This document shows positions 53,575 through 64,000 of a stretch of 64,000 nucleotides of DNA, piece after piece (position 1 is the first letter of the stretch; each line of letters begins with the position of its first letter). Origin of the DNA: Heterodontus francisci. Taxonomy: Eukaryota. Under the pieces are notes generated by a model that worked only from the letters and a program-made list of their open reading frames with translations, searched no databases and was not told where the DNA came from. The stretch spans positions 6,204,725 to 6,268,724 of the forward strand of contig NC_090421.1 of assembly GCF_036365525.1 (NCBI RefSeq), given 5' to 3'. A program made the translations under genes and the position numbers.

Positions 53575-54180
53575 ATCTCGGGGCATAGAGTACAAGAGCA
53601 AGAATGTTATGTTGAACTTGTATAAGACACTAGTTCAGCCTCAGCTGGAGTATTGCATCCAGTTCTGGTGCCGCGCCTTAGGAAGAGTGTAAAGGCGTTA
53701 AAGAGAGTGCAAAAAAGATTAACGAGAATGGTTCCAGGGATGAGGAATTTCAGTTATGAAGACAGATTGGAGAAGTGAGGACTGTTTTCCTTGAAGAGAA
53801 GGCTGAGAGGTGATTTGATAGAGGTATTCAAAATCATGAGAGGTCTGGACAGAGTAGATAGAGAGAAACTGTTCCCACCCGTGAAAGGATCGAGAATGAG
53901 AGGGCACAGATTTAAAGTATTTGGTCAAAGAAGCAAAAGTGACACGAGGAAAAACTTTTTCACGCAGCCAGTGGTTAAGGTCTGGAATGCACTTGCCTGA
54001 GAGTGTGGTGGAAGTAGGTTCAATTGAAGCATTCAAAAGGGAAGTAGACAGTTATATGAAAAGGAAGAATGTGTAGGGTTACAGGGAGAAGGCGGGGGAA
54101 TGGAGCTGAGGGAATTGCTCTTTCGGAGAGTCGGTGCAGACACGATGGGCCGAATGGTCTCCTTCTGCGCTGTAACAATT
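53575..54180 (+). mobile_element. CR1 LINE 3' end
   Basis: KRRLRGDLIEVFKIMRGLDRVDREKLFP...RKNFFTQPVVKVWNAL; CR1 tail. Confidence 0.9.
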
Positions 54181-55359
54181 TTGTGCTCTCGCTCGGAGAT
54201 TGCCATCGGCCTGTTCGCGCTTTCAGAAGGGACTCCAAGTTTCCCACTTGGTGGCTGTTTTGCCCTGAGTGGGTATGAAGTTTGTTTTAACTAAGCGGAG
54301 CTGACGTCACTGTTTTGTCCTTTTTTGTTGGACATGTTACGTTTTATTTCCTCATCTCCCTGTTAAAATGATTCTATCTATACATATTCATATTCTATAC
54401 ATATACATATTCTGGTTTAAAAAGTCTTCCTCTGTCAAACGTGTTGAGAATGTTAAATATTCGTCCATCACAATTTACACATTTGATGACTCTTTCATTT
54501 CTCACCGGCCTTCATATTACATTTTGAACAGGATGGTGTTTATACTTTACAAAGAACCAACTTTTGGGTTCGACGTTAGGTGTGCAAAAGCAGTTTGTTT
54601 GGGGCAAAATTAGATCGTATATTAAATATATTAAGATTCCAAAAGCACTCAAAATTAACCAGAAACTGGCAGCTACACAGTATTCCAACACTGCGTCACC
54701 GCCAGTGGAATGTGTGTTCCGGCAGGATGAAGAGATTCTTGTGTGTGGCAGTGACTTGGGGTTCAAAGTGGAATTCATTTGGACAACCTAAATTGGTCAT
54801 CAACCGGCATTAAGTTAACAGCCTCGACCAGAAAGGATATCACTAAAAGAAATGGCAATGTTAACCTTACGCAGTCCTGACCTGGTCAGGGGTGTGGAAG
54901 GGGAGATGCATAACGCGCATCAATTGGAAATCCTTCAGTTAGACAAGTACATTTATCAGATGATATGCTTTTCAGAAAAGGAATCTAACAACTATGGGGG
55001 GAAACTAGTTTGGCTTTGAATCATAACAATCCCTTGGAACCTCTCCCAGTGCATATCATAGAACATTACAGCGCAGTACAGGCCCTTCAGCCCTCGATGT
55101 TGCGCCGATTATTGAGTGCATCACGACAAATTACTTCAAAGCTATTAACTAACTCCCTCTTCCTGTCGTCTTTAGTACCATTATCCCACACCAAGCGAGT
55201 CACGAAATGTGTTTTAAACTAATAATACTCACTGATTCTTGTAGAGTTCAAATTGGGCATGCCATAGTTATCATATACTGCATTTTTAAAGCAAGCTTTT
55301 GGGATTAAACAGGTCATTTGCGATGATAAACTATTTTGTGAAGAGGGACTCGATATTGG

Positions 55360-55725
55360 GATTATGTCCGCTGGAGCAGAAGCGACTTAATCGAAGTTTT
55401 TAAAAAAATTGTGAGGGATTTTTGATTGAGTGAATAAAGAGAACGGTGTCATCTGATTGGGGAGTCGGTGACCAATTGATTTAGGGTCATTAAGGACGGG
55501 GACTGGGGAAAAAGGTTTCGGAGCAATTTCTTTACAGGGTGTCGGAGCTTCGACTGCTTAATCAGAGATTGCTTGAGGTGGAGGTCATTACATCGTTTAG
55601 GGGGAAATTAGATCCAGATTTGAATAAGAGAAAGGTACAGAGCACGGGGCGATGGGATTTGTTTTGGATTGAGCTGGCAAAAGAGCCAGGAGAGATATGA
55701 CGGGCAGAACGGTCTCCAGTGTAAC
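55360..55725 (+). mobile_element. Highly diverged CR1 3' end
   Basis: Residual CR1 3' motifs and tail. Confidence 0.5.
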
Positions 55726-55862
55726 AATAACCATCTACTAAGATATATTACATATCGCACAGAGGAAAATCCCCCCCCCCCCCAAACACACACATATTTG
55801 TGTTAAATAATTTACACATACAAATCTCGATTCTGTTGTATAAAGATGACATTGGCACTTAC

Positions 55863-56164
55863 CAGCCGCCCTGCTTCGTTATTGTGACGGTCAATCAAGG
55901 ATTTGATGTCACTTTGTCCCTTTCTCCTTTCGGCGTCCATGAACTGCCTGGACTTGGCGTAGCCGAACTCCACGTCGTCTCCACATCCTCCCCACTCCCA
56001 GGCCGTTGCCTCCGTGCCAGCGGCGGGAGACTGCGGCATTGGCGGCCGGCTCAGGGTGTTCTCACAGCCGCACTGCAGCAGCTCTCCCATGCTGCAGGCC
56101 TGGGTCACAGCATAGGCCACTCCGGCCGAGGTGATGGCGTAAACGAAAGCCGTCTCTCTGATAT
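55863..56164 (-). CDS. wnt6: Wnt6 coding exon 3
   Basis: TTGCCAG acceptor; DIRETAFVYAITSAGV...ACSMGELLQCGC...WEWGGCGDD...HNNEAGRL; GTAAGT donor; 302 nt, ends in phase 0. Confidence 0.97.
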
Positions 56165-56324
56165 CTGGCAACAAGAAAGGAGCTGACATATAGCACAGAG
56201 TATGGCAAAACCGACACCTGAATCTTAAAGACCACACATTGGATGTGAATGCATGTTGGCACAGGTAGAATGTACGAATTATATCTAACTATATGTATAT
56301 GTTCAGATAATTGTAATGCATTCA

Positions 56325-56572
56325 CATAGAATCACTCAAATGTACAGCACAGAAATTGACCATTCGGCCCATCTGCTCCGTGCTGGTGTTTATGATCCAC
56401 TCGAGCCTCCTCCCACCCCTCTTCATCTCACCCCATCACCATATCATTCTATTCCTTTCTCCCTCACGTGTTTATCCAGCTTCCCCTTAAATACATCGAT
56501 ACTATTCACCTCAACCTGTGGGAGCGAGTTCCACATTCTCACCACTCTCTGGGGAAAGGAGTTTCTCCTGAA
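56325..56572 (-). mobile_element. CR1 3' tail
   Basis: RRNSFPQRVVRMWNSLPQ...FKGKLDKH and CR1 tail, in Wnt6 intron 2. Confidence 0.85.
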
Positions 56573-57621
56573 CTCTCTATGCAGGTAAACCCTGATTCTG
56601 ATCTGACAGTGCATCTGCTGTCTATACAACTTGCAGTTTATACGTGTAGACAAGACTTGGTTCCGCAGTGTGTACCCAAACTAGAAACACTTCCACACAT
56701 CTACAGGTAGCTTGAGCCGAACCATTCGCCGCTCCGATTCACCTTTCTGTCGCGTATCTGTTCCTTTTTGCAGTGCAGCTGTTAAATTTCCCATTAGGAC
56801 AGGAATGATGTGTCGAAAAAAGAATCAAGGCTGGGTTGGTAAACATGTCATTTATTAAATGCAAAAAAAAAAAAGCAATAACGATTCACAGCCTTTAAGA
56901 AAAAGTGACAAATGCTTCTTGCAATTACTAGAATGCGGGCGCACGAGTTCATCAAGGGTAGATTCCGATTGGGGAGCTGGGAATACACGGGGGTAGAAGA
57001 AGTGGTATTTTGGAATTCTAAAATCACAACACAAGTCGGTTTCCTGAACGCTTAGTGCCTGCTGGAAGCTACTATACATTGAAATGAAATCTGTACCAGG
57101 CTGAGGGACAAAGAATCCAGTGGTTTATCTTCACCCTCTGTTTGATTTCAGCTCACATCCCCGTCTCTTTCTGCATTTTGCCTCTCGCTTAATACCGATT
57201 TTTTCTCACCTCTCTGCTTATCTGCCTCGCTTGTTTTCTCTCTCTCTTTCTGTCTCTGTCTGTCTCCGACTGTTTGAGTCCCTGTTTCGGATTCTCTCTC
57301 TCTGTTTTTGCCTCCTCGCCCGCTTTTCTCGGTGTCTCCGCTCAACACTCACCCACAAAGTGACCTGCAACAGAATTCAGCTCCTTCCTTCGGGGTCAGA
57401 AATACCGATCGCTTTTCTCTTATGGCCCTTGTCTCGACTCGCATAGACAAACTGGTAGGATTCCCCCGCGGGGGCGACACGCATTTGGGTGTGCTTTAAA
57501 TATTCCAGAATCGTCTTCAAATGGATGGTGTGAATAATGCTGGACTAAGAGGTTGGAACCAACCTCCCCGCTCCCAACCCACCCAGGATCAGAGCGAACA
57601 GACCAGAACGAGAGTTTTTAC

Positions 57622-57842
57622 CTTGTTGCAGGATTTTGCCAAAGTATTTATTGTGAATTGTACAGTTCCACTTGCGGAATCGGAACTGGTACTGACACTC
57701 CCGGATCCCAAGCCGGGCCCCCTTCGCCACCTCGCTCACGATCTCCGGTTCGGTTTGACACAGTTCAGCCTGTTTTCCAGCCAGCCGCTTGGTCTTCCTG
57801 CAGATACTATTGGGATCCATGACCAATGGGCTCCCCACAGCC
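57622..57842 (-). CDS. wnt6: Wnt6 coding exon 2
   Basis: TTCTTGCTGCAG acceptor; AVGSPLVMDPNSICRKTKRLAGKQAELCQTEPE...ECQYQFRFRKWNC...KILQQ; GTAAAA donor; 221 nt. Confidence 0.97.
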
Positions 57843-58386
57843 CTGCAGCAAGAAATAAAACAGCAGCAAGATGGTTAACTTCAGTGCACTAAATCACTCT
57901 CCCCCGCCCCCACCCCACACACGGACCAAAATACACAGGGACCCGCTAGGTTTGGAGAGAGCTTTTCCTTACAGGCTAGACAGCCGCGGTGCACAAGACC
58001 TGCCTCGGGAAAGTGAAGGGCGATTGGACCCAAAAAACCACTCGGCAAGTTGTGCAGCCGTGGTGCTAAAGTCTGATTTGAAACGCGCACACAGAAAGAA
58101 AGGGGCAAGAGCCATAAATCCGATTCAAGAAATTCGGATCGGTTGTGAATCTTTGCGTGAACTTCGCCTGAGTCAGGTCAAGGTGACTCTCTGGGATATC
58201 TCTATTCTACAGGTGCTGCTTGCAATTGAGATTAAGGAAAAGTTGCCAGCTTAATGATCTCTCTCTCTGTCCTGTCTGTCCGGTTCAGACCCCTCACTCT
58301 CTCAAAGTCTCCTCCCGCGCTCTCTGTTACAAATCCCCGTGCCTTTTCCCCAATGAGGGAGACAAGACAAATATCAGCGCACTTAC

Positions 58387-58463
58387 CACCATAGACTGAT
58401 GATGTTCGCAGGGTACAAAAGGCAAAAAAACAGTCGGAGCTGAGCTCCGGCGAAAGGCACCAT
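58387..58463 (-). CDS. wnt6: Wnt6 coding exon 1 (signal peptide)
   Basis: ATG at 58463 gives MVPFAGAQLRLFFCLLYPANIISLW+TG, then a GTAAGT donor; 77 nt, phase matches exon 2 to form the Wnt6 LWWAVGSPL motif. Confidence 0.92.
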
Positions 58464-60004
58464 CTCCACTCTCTCTCCCAGCAATACAGAAACCAGGTTC
58501 AGTTCAACACACTCCCCTCCCTCTATTTCCCAACTCACGGCCTCTCTCCCGTTCCGCTCACTTCACCCGTGGATTCCCATCTCCCGCAAAGATTGGGGAG
58601 GTGGGTTTTATCCTCTCTCTCTTTCGTTCTGTGTGCAGGAGAAACGAGGGCCAGCGTCCTCTCACACAGCCTCTCCGTGATCGCCCAGCCCCGATCTCAC
58701 CGCCTCTCAACCAGGAATGAACCGGCTTGACCGGGGGAACATCTCCCGTTGCTCACTTGGACTGAGCGTGAAGTGAGATTGAAACGGAGACAATACAGAT
58801 TCGAGGGCAGAGAGTCAAGTCTCGGGTCCTATCTCCAGAGAACTGGAAGCGGGACATTTACTGGCTCAACGGGGAGTCTGAGCCGGTGCCGGAGAAAGGG
58901 GGACTCAGTTGGGTGTAGAAGACCAGAGTTATGACATGAGCTGATCAAGTGAATTCACACAGGAGGTGGAAGTAACTAGGGTTGCAAATACCAGCCCACC
59001 ACCGTTATATTGAGTTCCAAAATCATGTCAAATGCACACTGACGTTTTGACCAAGATAGATTGACATATTATACAGATTCAGAGCGATGGACAAGACAGA
59101 CACATATATAGATATGTATATTATCGATATACATACATAACTTGCACATCCTAATGCTTTACAAAAATTGCATATACTAATATATTTGATATACAGATAT
59201 GTACATAGAGATGTAATTGTCAAGCGAGGTCCAATATTCTCTTTATTCCGTCAACTATAGTTTTATTAATGAACTAGCTGAAAGATTAATTTTTGCACGG
59301 GAATCCTCGCTTTGTATAATAAGTGATAAAGGACAAAATTGACATATTAAACTCCATCCCAATTTCATATGAGTTCTAAATGTCCACACCTGCCTTGTAT
59401 TTAAATCCACTCATATTTAAGACGGTTTTGAAACAAATGTGAGGCCGGATCTTTAAATGCCTTACAAAGGGGGTCCCTAAATGGGTTGAATGAGAAATCC
59501 GTTTATTTGCATGATTGAGCCGAGGGAAACGGCCGAGCCCTGAAATTGGTCATTTCTTGAATCCCATCCTTGCAACCAGGAACACAGAACAATGGTAGAA
59601 TCTTTCAACAGGGCGCTTGGCGGCTGTGAGACACAATATTCTCTTGCGCCCAAACCCCCTCATTTTTTTTTTACCGTGAACAGAACTATCCATCACCGGA
59701 CATGTGGTGTTGCTGAGAGGAGAATGTCTGGAAGGACACAGCGGCGGGTCAGTAGTGGGGATGCGACTGCAGCCCTCAAAACAGCAAATTAAACTTGAGT
59801 TTCTCTCCAACACGCGGGGCAGACAGGGGCTTTCCTGAGGCTAAACTGAGCAGCGTTCGCTAACGTGAGATCATCTACCGCCTGATTAATAATGATTCAT
59901 AAAAATTGGAGACACGTGAAGTTCATTCCAATTGTTATTATCCAGCAATTACATTTTAATTAGCATTCCATACAGACGCACAGAGAATTAAAACCTATTA
60001 ATTA

Positions 60005-60390
60005 GGGATATGGTAGCATAATGGACTAGTAATTCAGAGGCCTGGACTAATGATGCAGAGACACGGGTTCAAATCCCATGACAGCTGGGGAATTTAAATT
60101 AATTAAATAGATCTGGATTTTTTTAAAAAAAACGTATCAGTAATCTACCATGATTGTTCAAAACCCATCTGGTTTACTAATGTGAAGAAAATCTGCCGTC
60201 TTTACCAGGTCTGGCCTACATGTGACTCCCAGACCCACAACAATGTGGTTGAATGTTAACTGCCCTTTGAAATGGCCCAGCAAACCACTCAGTTGTATTC
60301 AAGAAGGCGGCTCCCCAGCACCTTCTCAAGGGAAATTAGGGATGGGCAATAAATGGTGCGCACCCACATTCCCTGAATGAATAAAAAAAA
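60005..60390 (+). mobile_element. tRNA-derived SINE sharing its tail with LINE family B
   Basis: B box GGTTCAAATCCC; tail CACCTTCTCAAGGG.AATTAGGGATGGGCAATAAATG...GAATGAATAAAA matches the 3' end at 8822-8900 and 49640-49715. Confidence 0.75.
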
Positions 60391-60940
60391 AATCCTGCAT
60401 GCAACCTCACCGTTCAACTAAGGGAAGGAATAGTCAATGAATTGCCAATATATGTTACCAATATCGCACCAGGTGCCTACAAACCATGTAGATGCTGATA
60501 CGTCTTCACTATAGCATCGGAATAAATATCCGATTATCATAAATAGACAGTATCAAAGAGTTGCCCGCAAAACACTCCACAATCGCATCATTTATTAGCT
60601 TTCCATGTTGTCACCATTATCAGTTAATTCCCTTAAAATCTCAAAGTGGGCGATTCAATATCTAAACTATATAAAACCGTGTCGAAAGCGAGAAAAAGTA
60701 TTGACTATAACATCAGGAATGTTCCATTAATCGTCCGCACAACACCTTTGTTCCTTTCTGAATGAAAATATTGGAGTTATATGAATGAAGTGTCACAATG
60801 AGTTTGTAGCAATCAAGTGAAACTTCTATTCAAAGGTAACTGAGAAATAATTAAGCGTAGGATGTCTTAGCAGCTGACAAGCTCACTGTGCAGCAAGACA
60901 AATAATACCCTGTACTTAGTTATAAACAGCAAGGGAAAAC

Positions 60941-60969
60941 TGTAGCACCGTGTACCCAGGAGATGGCAC
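60941..60969 (+). promoter_or_regulatory. Candidate CTCF site
   Basis: CCAGGAGATGGCAC (60956-60969) is close to the CTCF core consensus; TGTAGCACC upstream resembles the extended U motif. Confidence 0.45.
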
Positions 60970-63900
60970 TAGGTGTCACCTCTAAACCGCACTGTACACT
61001 GAGTGTCATCTATAAACGGCGCCACACAGGAGTTGCCTCTGGGTGAAGGCGAATTGCCATTGTGTTTTCACAAGATCATAACTCAAGAGCACCACAGGCA
61101 CAAATGAGTTATCGAGGTCTTTCTGCTGTGTGAAAGAGAAATGGAAAGAGTTTATCACGCTGTGCCTTTTTTCCCCTATTTATTCTTTGGAAATGACTAA
61201 ACCGAGGGTTTAAATGCTGTTTAATGTAGGCTTGTTGCCATTGTCATTTTTATGTATTATATTTGAATGTCCTCCAGCGTAAAGCGAAATCTCACCTTCG
61301 TGGGCGCATCACAATGGTCAAAGAATCAGGAAAATTATAATCAGAATCCAGTTCGTTCATCTATCACTTGGCGGCATGCATGCTGTGTTTATTGAGGTCA
61401 TTAGACAGACCTAAAGAACACAAGTCTTTTCTGGGACTAATTCAGGGCCTGAATTGTGTATTGTACACGCACTGTGTGGGTAGATAACAGCCGCGAATAC
61501 ATGTTGAGCGCACTTTAAACGCTGTATTTCTCTAAATAACCATAGGACCTGTGGCAACATCACTTCATAGTGCTTAAGGAATCTATCTTTAAACCCTGCA
61601 AAAGTGATGAAAGATACCACGTTGTCTCATTATGTTGAGTACCTAGCGCCTGGATTTTGAACGGATAAAACAATTAGGAGATAAAACGTTGTGATTATGA
61701 CACAAATTCTCAATGTACACGAACACATGTAAAACATTGTGTGATCTGGAAACATCGCATACACATGATACACATACAGCTGGGAACATTGAGCCTATGT
61801 TAGTCAAGGAACAACGTAATCTGATTGGATGCCAAAGTCTCCAATTTTACAAAGCGCCAATCAATTCATTTAACAGCATATGGATTTCAAATATTATTCC
61901 TAATAATTCTAAATGTTCCAAGTAAACTAGAGATGCGTTTAACAGACTGTGAGGAAATTGTTTGCAATTTTTTTTTGTTTAATATATTTATGCCACTTGA
62001 TAGTACTTTCATTGATCTACTTTCGGAGGCAACAAAATCTAGATAATCTACCGATTTTGCACATTCCAATCGTCTGAACGTTGAATTGTCTCTAATTTTC
62101 ACTTTTTACATACTAGAGAATTGTTTCTGGGGAAAGTTATCTGGCATTTGATACAGGACACTTTGTAAACAGCCTCTGCGTTCGCTCTGACGGCCCGCGA
62201 GCGCCACCCCGAGGACAGTTCCAGGATATACACACAGCAAACTGATACTTCATATTGGTCCTTTCGCAACAATATACTCACATTTTAAATAATCAAGTAT
62301 TGTTAATCTGAGAGGAAGCCGAGCTTTGGCAAGTAGTACTGGTGTAATATGGTTTCAACATAACTATAAATCACAGCTTCGATTTGTAAAGTGAACTGCT
62401 CACCATTCTTATCAATGGGCGCATATTTTATATATTAAATATATATTTACATATAAAAACTATAACCACTATTGTAGGCATTTATAATGCACATTATTTC
62501 AAAGGTTATAAAATGATATTGTGGGGCCCACCAGGAACCGTCATCATAACCTGACAGACAATGAAAAGTTCAGGTAAATTACCCATTTACTGTCCTGACT
62601 CTGTCAGGAGGGCGAGAGTTGAGACGGAACAACAATGGTTTAAAGATGACGGGACGTTGTGACTTCCTTTTAAAGGAGACCAGACGCTGGACTTTTAGTG
62701 AACCCATTGCGGCTTCACAGGAAAAATCCCAGGAATCAACCCAAACTGGGCAAGAGAGATGACCATTTAATCCCATTTATTGGAAATTCATTGTATTTTG
62801 TGGAAATGCGGATGAAAAAAAAACCCATGCAAGTTTAGCGCAGGAACAGTCGCAATAAACATATTGCAGACGGTTCAGCAGCCACATTAAAGCTGTTTTC
62901 TGATCGGTGATATTATGGGATTGAATGGGGGGGGGGGGGGGGGAATGCCTGCTTTATTTGTTTGTCACTGTTACAAAAAACAAACACAAGTGAAAGTTGC
63001 GCTTGAAAACGAGAACCAACTGGCTCTGACTGTGAGCCCGAACGCACTGGCGACATGAACCACTTCTCAGCCCAAAGAAATACCGAGCCGCGACAGAGGC
63101 GTCAGGAGCCATTTATACCCCGGGATCTGGCGGCGACTCCCAGCGAATGGGAGCCACAGTTTGAAGCATGTTCTTGATAAACAGTGGTAGGAAGCAACAC
63201 GGGAAGAGGTTCCTCTCATTGTGCCCTGGCTATTTAAAAATGAGATTGAGACAATATCTATTATTTGAAGAGACCTTTGTCTCAATGTGGAAATAAATGA
63301 GGCTGATTGCTGGAGAATTGGTTCAGATACATTGGGTGACATAGCAGTAGCTTGTTGCCGGTGCCCGCAAGTTATTGAACAATAGGGATTGCAGTGGTTT
63401 TCCATGGACATTAACCGTTTTAATCTGGTGTCTTTCAGCCGGATGATGATGGACAGCTCTTGGGCCCGATCTCGCAGGCAATAAAGGCAAGAATGTGTCG
63501 CAGTCCCGCCATTGTTCCTCTAAACTCGGAGGCTTGTCCGCCACTTTTTTTTTTCCAGCTCTTCCTACAAACTTATAAGAGGCAGCAAGCGTTGGTTATG
63601 AAGAAGCTGCGGTGATCAATTTGGAGGCGGCCCGCATTCATTGGCGAAGGCAACCTGTTCCACTGAAATTCGCCTTCTCTGAAACCTTCATTATTTTAGG
63701 GGGGAGGGGAAATACAACAATCTAATCTATATTTTATGATCAGTCTTGACTAAACAACACCATGACATTAGTTCTGGGACTGAAGACTCTGTGGTTACTG
63801 GCGTTTACTTCACTTTCCAACACCCTGGCAGTAAATAACAGTGGGAGATGGTGGTAAGTTTCTTAGTGAAAAAAGTCACAATTAACTTGTTTTTTTCTTT

Positions 63901-64000
63901 TAAAAAAAAAACGAGTCTCATTTTCAGCAATAAACTCCAAACAGGTGCGAGTGCATTTTTATCGGTGTATTTTGAGAATCGGACACATTCTGAGACTGTT

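Noticed and set aside
59000-64000. Wnt1 exons inside the window
   Set aside because: No Wnt1-like peptide in the ORF track and no convincing short first exon by eye.

Overview
Vertebrate genomic DNA, very probably a cartilaginous fish (shark), judged from HE1/V-SINE, Deu-domain SINE, CR1, L2 and Penelope-type repeats. Two complete four-coding-exon Wnt genes lie in tandem on the minus strand: a Wnt6 (58463->46977, 353 aa) and a Wnt10 with mostly Wnt10b-diagnostic residues (39326->29889, 383 aa). All splice sites are GT-AG and in phase. In mammals Wnt6 sits beside Wnt10a and Wnt10b beside Wnt1, so this may be a retained Wnt6 ohnolog in an ancestral-type Wnt1-Wnt6-Wnt10 cluster; Wnt1 was not seen in the window. 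The Wnt10b also has WERGDC in place of the near-invariant WEWGGC motif. The left ~29 kb is repeat-rich with no recognisable host exons; it holds nested LINEs, a solo LTR with a TSD and three minimal hammerhead-ribozyme-like motifs. Family calls rest on recalled consensus features, not database searches, and repeat boundaries are approximate.
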